From Patescibacteria group bacterium (GTDB lineage Bacteria > Patescibacteriota > Patescibacteriia > UBA1558 > UBA10009): DNA of 64,000 nt. Location of the stretch: NCBI GenBank assembly GCA_018818425.1, contig JAHISB010000026.1, positions 525 through 64,524 on the forward strand, read 5' to 3'. The position numbers and the translations under genes are program-made. This document shows positions 54,687-63,105 of the stretch, piece by piece; position 1 is the stretch's first letter; each line of letters begins with the position of its first letter. The notes below the pieces were generated by a model, which saw only the letters and a list, made by a program, of their open reading frames with translations, made no database searches and had not been told where the DNA came from.

Positions 54687-55370
54687 CTAAACATCATCAA
54701 GCGGATTTTCGTCAAGATATTTGATGCACGCATCATACTCTGCCTGCGTAATCAAATCTTCCTCCAATCCCAGTGAGAGAACTTGACGGATGTACAGTAT
54801 CACATGAATGTTGTAAGAAGCTTGCTGCAAGGTCTCCCACTTGACTTGTTGGCGGTATAAAATAACCACCAAATCATTGACTACCACGCCCGCTTTCCTC
54901 AAAAAGGCGACGAAACGTTCCTTTGTATCGCCCGTGGTTATCACATCGCCGATCAGCAAGCAAACCTTTCCTTGATAAAGAGCTAATTGGCTGGCATCGG
55001 TGGTTTGCGGATTCCATCTGTCTTTTGTTTCCGGCAGCTCTACAAAAGGAATTCCAAAGGAATTGGCCAAAGCCCTGGCGATTTCCTTTGCTCCTGCAGA
55101 AACAGAGACGATTAAATCTGCGGTGATTTTTTTTTCATGTATTCTTTCTTTAATTGCATTAACGGCCAAAGCTTTTGCTGTAGGGGAAGTGCCGATTACT
55201 TCCTCGCTCACAAAAAAAGGAGATGGGGTTAAAGAAGTTTTGCCTAACCTCACTCTTTCTTTACTGGCCTTTAGCGGAAAGCCCTTTTCAAGATCAAACT
55301 TTAAAGCTCCTGTAAAATGAGCTATGGCCAACGCCTTTTCCACTGGAGTCATTGTAATTTTTTCACTCAT
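54687..55370 (-). CDS. type I phosphoribosyltransferase family protein (orotate/purine PRTase-like)
   Basis: PRPP-binding motif VCLLIGDVITTGDT; N-terminal region loosely PyrE-like (GALKFDLEKGFPLKAS). Confidence 0.5.
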   Translation of the reverse strand: MSEKITMTPVEKALAIAHFTGALKFDLEKGFPLKASKERVRLGKTSLTPSPFFVSEEVIGTSPTAKALAVNAIKERIHEKKITADLIVSVSAGAKEIARALANSFGIPFVELPETKDRWNPQTTDASQLALYQGKVCLLIGDVITTGDTKERFVAFLRKAGVVVNDLVVILYRQQVKWETLQQASYNIHVILYIRQVLSLGLEEDLITQAEYDACIKYLDENPLDDV

Positions 55371-55689
55371 TGACTATCTCCTCTCATTCATTATTGATGA
55401 TTTCTGAAATTTTGATTGTACAATTTCACCAAAATTACCTTATTCTATTGGTTTTGTCAATAAAATAGGAGTGCTCCAATGCCAAGCATCGGAGTTTGTT
55501 TATTATTTAAAAAGTGGGTAGAACCACGTCTCGCACGCCGTAGCAACGCTTTATTTATTTTAATGTTCATGCTGGCTCCGCTGTCCTTCCACGATTGCCT
55601 TGTCATTGGGGCTTGACGCGGAGGCGTGTCGATCCCTCGACTCATTAAACCTTTTTATAATGCCGTCAAACATCTTTTAATTTTTTATT

Positions 55690-55730
55690 AAAAAAACTCG
55701 CCCATTTCTGGACGAGCTGTCTTTTTAATT
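55690..55730. terminator. bidirectional terminator downstream of CDS 55735..56556(-)
   Basis: ACTCG cccatttctgga CGAGCT hairpin flanked by AAAAAAA (upstream) and TTTTT (downstream). Confidence 0.55.
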
Positions 55731-55734
55731 TTGC

Positions 55735-56556
55735 TTACTCCAAGCATTTAAATACCGCTGGCTTTTTTTGGCAATCACAGTTCCATGATGGCTGGCCTCC
55801 CTCAAGTTGACCCATAGCGGTAAGTATTGCTTTTACCACTTGTACCTGGGCGTGTTTTACGGCTCGTTCAACTCCCTCTCCATCAACAGAAGAATCTTCC
55901 AACGGCAGGTCTGCGACAATGCCAATGGGCAGGTAATGGGCAGCCATTTCCCTGGCTAAACGAGCTTCGCCGGCCACTGTCATTCCCAGCAATGATAATC
56001 CCGGGATAGAATTACAATAGAATGCCAATTCTGCCGGAGTTTCATAGCCAGGGCCTATAATGCAGGTTAAAACTCCACCGCGGAGAACTGCTTCGTCAGT
56101 TATCAGCGACTGCATTTGCGGACAAAGCAAGCCCTTGGCTGACCGGTAGAAAGCCGTGGGGTGGACAAAACCTTCGTCCGCGAAAGTGTAAACCCCGGCC
56201 GTTAAGTCTACTAAATCATCCGGCATGACCAGCGAGCCAACCTTCTTCCCTTGAAAAGCTCCCCAATTGACTCCGCCAACAGCAGTGGTGGCAAAAATAT
56301 GCTCGACACCACTTTTATACAGCATATACATGTAGGCCCGATGATCAATCATATGCGGGAAGCGGTATGGCACAGTACAATAATGACGGTCGACCAAAAT
56401 AAATGATCTCGAACCAGTACTGACTATATGGTATCGTATAGAACCATAAGGAGTTGTGGTATTCTTTGGTTCTGAGTTAAAGATAGGCAAGCCCATTGTC
56501 TGACTGGCCGTAAATACCCCAGACATGCCGGTGCCTGTGATAATAGCAGTTTTCAT
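55735..56556 (-). CDS. purine nucleoside / 5'-methylthioadenosine phosphorylase family (PNP family 2)
   Basis: MKTAIITGTGMSG, LVDRHYCTVPYRFPHMIDHRAYMYMLYKSGVEHIFATTAVGG resembling MTAP blocks; GC-rich gene. Confidence 0.65.
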   Translation of the reverse strand: MKTAIITGTGMSGVFTASQTMGLPIFNSEPKNTTTPYGSIRYHIVSTGSRSFILVDRHYCTVPYRFPHMIDHRAYMYMLYKSGVEHIFATTAVGGVNWGAFQGKKVGSLVMPDDLVDLTAGVYTFADEGFVHPTAFYRSAKGLLCPQMQSLITDEAVLRGGVLTCIIGPGYETPAELAFYCNSIPGLSLLGMTVAGEARLAREMAAHYLPIGIVADLPLEDSSVDGEGVERAVKHAQVQVVKAILTAMGQLEGGQPSWNCDCQKKPAVFKCLE

Positions 56557-56682
56557 GATGATTCTCCTAATTTTTTTTGAACTTTGTGCTACTGATATTT
56601 ATATCTATCACTATTTTGATATCTAAGTCAAGTTAAATATACAAATCTCTTATGGTTTGGGTATTTTAAAAAAATAAAAAAA

Positions 56683-57002
56683 CGGCCAGTTTAATAAACC
56701 GGCCGCTTACATTGGCGCCCCGCGCCGCGAGCCTGCTGCTATTATTAAGATAAACCGAACAGAACGGCCCATGGTTGACGCGGGGCAAAATGATGTCCCC
56801 TCCCAAATTGGTTTGGCAGGGGCAAACAGATTCAGAAGATGTTTTAGATGCGCTATCTGTTTAAACCCCTGCCACGAGTTAAGAGGGCCCAGGGGGTGAC
56901 TACAGGTTATTAGTAGCAGTATCTTAATAGTAAAAAACTTGTAGTCTACCACTGTAACTAAGGTATAGGCCCTTAAAAATAGTGTTAAAACACAACTTTT
57001 TG
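56683..57002 (-). ncRNA. terminator-ended structured RNA of unknown identity immediately downstream of tRNA-Trp (about 300 nt)
   Basis: Long hairpin GGCAGGGGTTTAAACAGAT...ATCTGTTTGCCCCTGCC; GC-rich helices GGCTCGCGGCGCGGGGCGCC; ends with the intrinsic terminator CGGCCggtttattaaactGGCCG + TTTTTTT (plus 56683-56707). No convincing ORF. Confidence 0.3.
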
Positions 57003-57075
57003 CGAGGCAGGGGGGGCTCGAACCCCCAACCCCCGGTTTTGGGGACCGGTGCACTACCGTTTGCGCTACTGCCTC
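57003..57075 (-). tRNA. tRNA-Trp (anticodon CCA); atypical C33, 3' CCA not encoded
   Basis: rc GAGGCAG-TA-GCGC-AAACGGTA-GTGC-A-CCGGT-CCCCAAA-ACCGG-GGGTT-GGGGG-TTCGAGC-CCCCC-CTGCCTC-G; discriminator G73 as in bacterial tRNA-Trp. Confidence 0.65.
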
Positions 57076-57183
57076 TAAAAAGAACGTTTAGCCCATTTTA
57101 ATAGATATCAAAAAAATGTCAAGCCCGTCAAAAAATTACAAAGGATTTTGATTTTTCAGTCCTTATTATGCTATTATTGATAT

Positions 57184-57933
57184 ATGCTACAAATCTGGCT
57201 ATATTCTTTAATCAGCGTGATGGTTGTTAGTTTGATTTCATTGATTGGTGCTCTGACTTTAGTCATTAAAATTGATAAACTAAAAAAGGTTTTGATTCTG
57301 TTCGTCAGCTTTTCGGCCGGCGCGCTTTTGGGCGGCGCTTTTTTTCATTTGCTGCCGGAGGTTGTGGGGCAAATAGGTTTTGGGGCCAAAACCGGAACCT
57401 TGCTGATTGGCGGCATTTTTATCTTTTTTGTTTTAGAAAAATATATTCACTGGCGCCACTGCCACGAACCGGACTGCGAAGAACATCCTCACCATTTAGG
57501 CAAGATGAATTTAGTCGGTGATGGACTGCATAACTTTATTGACGGATTGATAATCGCCGCCAGTTACCTAATTTCGATACCTTTAGGCATTGCTGCGACT
57601 CTGGCTATTATCTTCCATGAAATTCCCCAGGAGATTGCTGATTTTGGCGTACTGCTGCATAGCGGCTTTAGTAAAGCCAAAGCAATTATTTACAATTTAC
57701 TTTCAGCTTCGATAGCCCTTTTAGGAGTAATAATTGGAATTCTGCTTGGAAAAAATAATGAGCTTTTAACTTTATATATTCTGCCAATTGCTGCCGCCGG
57801 CTTCATCTATATTGCCACGGCCGACCTGATTCCCGAACTTCATAAAGAAACTAAAATGTCCAAGTCGCTGCTGCAACTGGTGAGTTTTATCATCGGAGCA
57901 TTTATAATGTATTTATTGACTTTAATGGAATAA
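57184..57933 (+). CDS. zupT: ZIP family metal (zinc) transporter
   Basis: Eight predicted TM segments; signature HEIPQEIADFGVLLHSG and His-rich loop HCHEPDCEEHPHH. Confidence 0.75.
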   Translation: MLQIWLYSLISVMVVSLISLIGALTLVIKIDKLKKVLILFVSFSAGALLGGAFFHLLPEVVGQIGFGAKTGTLLIGGIFIFFVLEKYIHWRHCHEPDCEEHPHHLGKMNLVGDGLHNFIDGLIIAASYLISIPLGIAATLAIIFHEIPQEIADFGVLLHSGFSKAKAIIYNLLSASIALLGVIIGILLGKNNELLTLYILPIAAAGFIYIATADLIPELHKETKMSKSLLQLVSFIIGAFIMYLLTLME

Positions 57934-57935
57934 AA

Positions 57936-58406
57936 ATGTTTCTAATAAAATCGCCGGCCAGCAAAAATTATCAAAAGAGCAACTCCATTACCTCGGTGGA
58001 TTTTTTTGTTTCTCCCAAGGCCAAAAAGGCGGCTGATGATATTATGAATTCAAAAAAAACAGCTGACAGGCAGATGTTGGCTAACATTTTAATTGACGAA
58101 CTCGATAATAACGCCGGCCTAGAAAAAGCCAAAGTAAAAATTTCCGACACTAGGCAGTATCACAAAAAATACAACGGCCGGGTTGTTGCCAAGCGGTATG
58201 GCTATTACCGGCCAAAATCCAACTACATCTATATTCAAAATCTGACGGCCGTCAGGGGCCAGATCTTGGCGCCTAAAACTTTTTTAAACACCCTGCTTCA
58301 CGAGTGGCTGCACCATTATGATTATCGGAAACTAAAATTAAACTCTATTCACACTAAAGGGTTTTATTTACGATTGAGGTCTTTAAAAGATGAATTATGT
58401 GTCTAA
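57936..58406 (+). CDS. hypothetical protein with HExxH zinc-metallopeptidase-like motif (SprT/DUF45-like)
   Basis: LLHEWLHHYDY contains HEWLH; the start is 3 nt after the ZIP stop. Confidence 0.35.
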   Translation: MFLIKSPASKNYQKSNSITSVDFFVSPKAKKAADDIMNSKKTADRQMLANILIDELDNNAGLEKAKVKISDTRQYHKKYNGRVVAKRYGYYRPKSNYIYIQNLTAVRGQILAPKTFLNTLLHEWLHHYDYRKLKLNSIHTKGFYLRLRSLKDELCV

Positions 58407-58492
58407 AACCAAACCCAGCTCCTTGCGGGGCTGGGTTGGAACTTATTTTCTTAAGGAAAATAATTTTAGTTTAATTTGGACAGCTCCCTGCT

Positions 58493-58666
58493 TTAGAATC
58501 GCCTTTTAGGACGGCTGCTTTTTCTTTGCTGATGACAATCCCTGCAGTAGAGAGGCCTGTCACCGTCTGGCTCAAAAGGCAATTCTTTAATTTCTGCCCC
58601 GCAACCGGAGCAGGTCCAACTGCCTTGATACATCTGGCGCTGACCAAAGTCGTTTCCTTGATTCAT
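58493..58666 (-). CDS. small zinc-ribbon protein (57 aa, CxxC...CxxC)
   Basis: MNQGNDFGQRQMYQGSWTCSGCGAEIKELPFEPDGDRPLYCRDCHQQRKSSRPKRRF; below the ORF-track cutoff. Confidence 0.4.
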   Translation of the reverse strand: MNQGNDFGQRQMYQGSWTCSGCGAEIKELPFEPDGDRPLYCRDCHQQRKSSRPKRRF

Positions 58667-58873
58667 GTTGAATGACTTTTTTGTATTTTGCCTGCCAACT
58701 TTTCAAAACGACTTTGATCGAGCCAAGCTCGATTTTGATTGAGTCAAGCCAGACTTTAGTCAAATCAGACTTGATTCTGGTCAAAAAGCTCTTTTGAATA
58801 ATTAAGCTAAACAAAACACTTAATAATTAGTAGGATAAGTTTAGCAGTAAATGAATTTTTTGTCAATTGCCCC

Positions 58874-60166
58874 CTAATTTTCACGCAAATAGCCCCAGCT
58901 ATGCAGTTTATCGCTGTCTTCGTACCACCTCTCGCCGATATCATCGCGGTAATACATATTGGGTATTAAAATATTCTGAATTCTGTTGTAAACCTGCTGC
59001 TGGGCCTGCTTCATGGTTAAACCGGCGCCCACCACAATCAGGGCCACGCCGGCCGAACCGGTAACTGTCCACTGGTCATTGACCAATTTTACGTCTTCAA
59101 TATGAATGCCGTCCAGATTGGATTTTTTGAATACAATGGTGGCGTCTTTGGAATAGGAATCAAAAGTTTTTTTATCCCTAAACGGATACGGCGGCACCAC
59201 TACCCTGATGCCGATCTGAAAGCCCTTTTTAACTTTTAAATTAGGATCTTTATTGAGGGCTAATTCGTATAAAAATTCGCCGATCGGAGTGATCATGGCT
59301 TCCTGCTGGATGCTGATGGTGGGGTAGCCAAAACGGGAAGTAAATTCCAAAGGATAAATGCCGTTATTATTAACAATGCAATTAATGTCTATATAGCCCA
59401 CATAACCCTCTTCGGCCAGCTTGGCTTCCATTTTTAACAAAGTCTGGTTAAATAGTTTGTTGGGGCCGCTCCAGAACATACTGGTGCCCATTTCGCCGGT
59501 GGCCGGACCAATGTTACCCGGAAATAATTTTTTATGTTCAAAATTAATATTGATAGGATAAATAAATTTATGGCCGTTAAAAAACGCTCCCACCGCCACC
59601 TCAACTCCGTTAACCTGTTTTTGCAGCTGAAAAACCTTTATTTTATTAGACCAGACTCTTTTATAGGCCTCCAGCACCCGCACAACATCGCTGCCGTCTT
59701 CTTCCATGCCGACAAATAATAACCGTTTAATATTTTGAGCTTCTCCGCTGGGCTTAATAACATATCGGTCAGGATTTTGTTTAACGTAATTAACTGCTTC
59801 ATCAAAGTTAGTAAATGTTTGATAAGATAAAATGTTTATCCCGGCTTTTTTAAGCTCTTCTTGACCAAAAGAACGGTCTTCTTCCAATCTTTCAGTATAA
59901 GGAGTGCCGCCAATGACCTTTTTACCCTGTCTTTTTAACTTAGCTGCCTTTAGACCTTGGCCAATTGAATCGTCAAAAACAATAACTTCAGCCCAGTCTA
60001 TCCAAGATTGCCAATCATCCGCCTTGGGTACCAGGCCGTCGGCTGAATCTTTAAACTCTTTATCCTCGATGTACATTTTTACCTCATGACCTTCTTTTAT
60101 TACTTGCCAGGCAATATCGCTGATTAAGCCGTAGTTAGAATAAAATAAAAATTTTTTCTTTTCCAT
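58874..60166 (-). CDS. purD: PurD-like ATP-grasp ligase (phosphoribosylamine--glycine ligase family, divergent N-domain)
   Basis: Blocks VEVAVGAFFNG, PGNIGPATGEMGTSMFW (cf. GPNTGGMGAYSP), NGIYPLEFTSRFGYPT (cf. EFNCRFGDPE); N-terminal domain lacks the canonical GSGGREHA. Confidence 0.5.
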   Translation of the reverse strand: MEKKKFLFYSNYGLISDIAWQVIKEGHEVKMYIEDKEFKDSADGLVPKADDWQSWIDWAEVIVFDDSIGQGLKAAKLKRQGKKVIGGTPYTERLEEDRSFGQEELKKAGINILSYQTFTNFDEAVNYVKQNPDRYVIKPSGEAQNIKRLLFVGMEEDGSDVVRVLEAYKRVWSNKIKVFQLQKQVNGVEVAVGAFFNGHKFIYPININFEHKKLFPGNIGPATGEMGTSMFWSGPNKLFNQTLLKMEAKLAEEGYVGYIDINCIVNNNGIYPLEFTSRFGYPTISIQQEAMITPIGEFLYELALNKDPNLKVKKGFQIGIRVVVPPYPFRDKKTFDSYSKDATIVFKKSNLDGIHIEDVKLVNDQWTVTGSAGVALIVVGAGLTMKQAQQQVYNRIQNILIPNMYYRDDIGERWYEDSDKLHSWGYLREN

Positions 60167-60173
60167 AAATTTA

Positions 60174-62570
60174 TTAAATCATAGTTTTTCTTTTATAACG
60201 ATTGATAGCTAAAGAAATAATCTCCTCTAACAGCTCCGGGTATTGCAGATTAATTAATTTAGCGGCTCGGGGCAAAAAAGCTTTCTCCGCCAAAGAAGGG
60301 TTGGGATTAAGTTCTAAAACATAGGGATTGTTATCCTTATCTACCCTAATTTCCACCTGGCCGTAGTCCTGGCAGTCCATAATATTATAAGTATCCAGAG
60401 CGATTTCCGTAATTAAAGTTTCCAGCTTTTTGCTGATATTTTTAGCCGGCTGCTGCAGCTTTATTTTATGATACACCGGTTTGCTGGAAAATTTAGCTTC
60501 CAGAGTATAAATCCGCCAGTATCTTTTAGGCAGGTCTTTAAAGATAGAACGGATTAACGGCAAGACTTCTAAATCCTCGAATTCGCTGCCCAAAATGGAA
60601 ACATCATATTCATCGCCTTCAATGTATTCTTCCACCAGGGCCGGGGACTGGTATTCCACAATTATTCTTTTTAACATTTTATCCAAATCCTTTTTGTTGG
60701 TAACTATCGACTCATTGGAAATACCGAAAGTTTTATCGGCGTTGCCGGGCTTGATAATAAGCGGGTACTCCAGCTCCGGATCGATCTCGTCTTCTAAATC
60801 GAAAGCGTAATCCCATTTAGGAGTGGGTATGTTATGAAAGCTCAATAGTTTCTTAGCCCTTATTTTATCTTTAGCCAAATGCAAAGTAAAGGCCGAGGAG
60901 CCGGTATAAGGTATTTGCAGAGCGTCTAAAATAGCCGGTATATTAGCCATCTGCCGGTCATCAAAATTTATCTGTTCGGCCAGATTAAAAAACAGGTCGA
61001 TCTCGCCCTTTTTAAGCTCGTTAAAAGCTTTAATAAAATTATTAAAATCTATCAGGCTGGCTTGATAGCCCTTTGCCTTAAGCGCTTGTTCTATGGCTAA
61101 GGCGGTTGTAGTCAGCTCTCTTTGAATTTCCTGCGCCCCTTCGCTGTATAAATTATAGCCTATGCCGATTCGCAGATTTTTTAAATCCTGCTTGGCCGTC
61201 CTGTTGATCTGTTCAATTTTAGCGGCTTTTAAAACTAAATTTTTTCTTAAAACCGCCGAAGAAAAGCGGTTCTTTCTGGAGGTTTTGCCAAAGGCCGATT
61301 CGGTATCAAATTTAGCCACAGAATAATTGATGAATTTTAAGGCCTCTTTTAAATTATCCTCGGCATCCAGCAGATTATCGCCCGCCACGGTTATCCAGCC
61401 CAAGTACTCATAGCCCTCGGGAGGCGCCAGCACCGGATCGCCAATCTGTTTATAAAAATGGAGCTCTTCTAAATATTTCTGCTGTTTTAATTTTTCATCA
61501 ATATCCAATGTAACCAAAATGCCTGAATCCTCGGTTAAAAAATCCTGGCCGGTGAAATATTTTCTGGGCACCTCCGGTTTTTTTACCTTAATAAAAACGC
61601 CCAAAGCAATCTTGGCGGCCAGGTCTATCATATCTACGTTCCAGGCGCCTTTCATAAAGGAATAAACCTCATCGCCGCCCATGCGCAGATTAATTTCAAT
61701 AGGCACCGGCCCGTTTTTAGCGGCCTTGGCTTCAAAATGAATGCAGCCGTTTTGCACGCCCAGCTTTTCCAAAACATCTTCGGCCATTACAAACAACTCT
61801 GTCTGGCTCTTTAAAGGCAGGCTGGAAGGAATAGAAAAGCCCGTTTCAATAAAAAAGGGCTCGTTGGTTCTGTAATTATCGGTGATGGAATAAAATTTAA
61901 TTTTGCCGTTCTGCAGCAGAATATCAATATCCACTTCATCGCCGTCGATATATTCTTCCACCAGCACCTCCAGGCCTTCGGTCAAGGCCGACTCAACGGT
62001 CGTGGAAATATTATTTTTTATATACTGATAAGTATTAAATAGTTCATCCTCGTTCTCCACTTTAACCACATAAGCGCTACTGGAGCCGTAAACCGGCTTA
62101 ATGACCATGGGGAATTTAAAAGTTTGGCTTATTTTCTTTAAATCTTCCTGCTTTTTTATTAATTTATATTGCGGAGCCGGTAAACCGTTAGTCCGGCAAA
62201 ACTCCCTGAACAAAAATTTATTTCTGACGGTCTTGGCCAGATTAAACGGTATGCCAATCAGATTAAACTTGTCGATTATCTTAGAAACCAGCAAAACATC
62301 ATCTTCCCAAAAGGTGATGGCGCCGCCGATTTTAACCCCGGGATTGGCCGCCATAAACAATTTAATATTTTGAATAACCTCCTGATGATTAAAGGTATCG
62401 GCTAAAATCCAATGGTCAACATAGGGCTCTGCCCAATTCTTTTCTTTATTCAAGACTACTAACTTAAAATTGAGAGCTTTTAATCTTTGAATGATAAATT
62501 TTTTTTTGATTAAACCGGTATTAACCAGCAGTAAATATTTCTCGCCCGGCTTGCTATTATTGTTGTTCAT
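60174..62570 (-). CDS. protein with two tandem ATP-grasp domains (carboxylate-amine / D-Ala-D-Ala-ligase-like)
   Basis: First ATP-grasp roughly aa 100-400 (FPMVIKPVYGSSSAYVVKV, IEINLRMGGDEV); second roughly aa 530-790 (YPLIIKPGNADKTFGIS, EEYIEGDEYDVSIL, VLELNPNPSL). Confidence 0.6.
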   Translation of the reverse strand: MNNNNSKPGEKYLLLVNTGLIKKKFIIQRLKALNFKLVVLNKEKNWAEPYVDHWILADTFNHQEVIQNIKLFMAANPGVKIGGAITFWEDDVLLVSKIIDKFNLIGIPFNLAKTVRNKFLFREFCRTNGLPAPQYKLIKKQEDLKKISQTFKFPMVIKPVYGSSSAYVVKVENEDELFNTYQYIKNNISTTVESALTEGLEVLVEEYIDGDEVDIDILLQNGKIKFYSITDNYRTNEPFFIETGFSIPSSLPLKSQTELFVMAEDVLEKLGVQNGCIHFEAKAAKNGPVPIEINLRMGGDEVYSFMKGAWNVDMIDLAAKIALGVFIKVKKPEVPRKYFTGQDFLTEDSGILVTLDIDEKLKQQKYLEELHFYKQIGDPVLAPPEGYEYLGWITVAGDNLLDAEDNLKEALKFINYSVAKFDTESAFGKTSRKNRFSSAVLRKNLVLKAAKIEQINRTAKQDLKNLRIGIGYNLYSEGAQEIQRELTTTALAIEQALKAKGYQASLIDFNNFIKAFNELKKGEIDLFFNLAEQINFDDRQMANIPAILDALQIPYTGSSAFTLHLAKDKIRAKKLLSFHNIPTPKWDYAFDLEDEIDPELEYPLIIKPGNADKTFGISNESIVTNKKDLDKMLKRIIVEYQSPALVEEYIEGDEYDVSILGSEFEDLEVLPLIRSIFKDLPKRYWRIYTLEAKFSSKPVYHKIKLQQPAKNISKKLETLITEIALDTYNIMDCQDYGQVEIRVDKDNNPYVLELNPNPSLAEKAFLPRAAKLINLQYPELLEEIISLAINRYKRKTMI

Positions 62571-62884
62571 AAAGTAATATTATTATACCTCCCTTATACG
62601 AGTAATGTAAATCCCTTTTGACCACAGGATGTTATGCCGCATAGCCAGCTCCGGCGGAAGCTAAGGAACTCTCCTGGGATGTAAGTAATTTGCCATAATT
62701 TTCTAAAGTGGTAAAATAATGATTACTATACCCTTTCGCTTTTATAATTCCAAAGTGGCGGAGTTTAGCATGAGAACATGGAAGCATGTGAGCATGAGAG
62801 CATTTAATCACATGTTCTAATACTCTAATTACTCCAATGTTCCAATGCTCTAATGTTCCAATAATAATTAACCACACCAACTCA

Positions 62885-63100
62885 ATGAAAATCAATATCC
62901 TTAAAGACATCTGCATCGGCTGCGGCACCTGCGTGGCCTTAGCTGACGGCGCTTTCGAAATGGGCGCCGACAATAAACCTCTGGTTAAAGAACGGCCCAA
63001 CAACACCGACGAGGAAATTATTAACGCCGCCAGGGCCTGCCCGGTTTCGGCTATCGAAATTCATAGTGGCAGCGGCAATAAACTTTGGCCGGAGAATTAA
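62885..63100 (+). CDS. 4Fe-4S ferredoxin (single-cluster type)
   Basis: MKINILKDICIGCGTCVALADGAFEM...ARACPVSAIEI; start at the internal ATG 62885 of ORF 62837. Confidence 0.7.
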   Translation: MKINILKDICIGCGTCVALADGAFEMGADNKPLVKERPNNTDEEIINAARACPVSAIEIHSGSGNKLWPEN

Positions 63101-63105
63101 AATTT

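Noticed and set aside
56683-57002. Possible tmRNA (ssrA)
   Set aside because: Only a 10-nt UAAUAACCUG resemblance to the E. coli tag end. There is no tRNA-like acceptor/T-arm pair belonging to the RNA itself, no Ala resume codon context and no terminal CCA. Insufficient to call.
56707-57054. 115-aa minus-strand ORF
   Set aside because: Overlaps the tRNA-Trp gene and the terminator hairpin; GC-rich hairpin-driven open frame with no RBS. Treated as non-coding structured RNA instead.
62632-63006. 124-aa minus-strand ORF upstream of the ferredoxin gene
   Set aside because: Antisense to the ferredoxin start and promoter region, low-complexity composition, no RBS.
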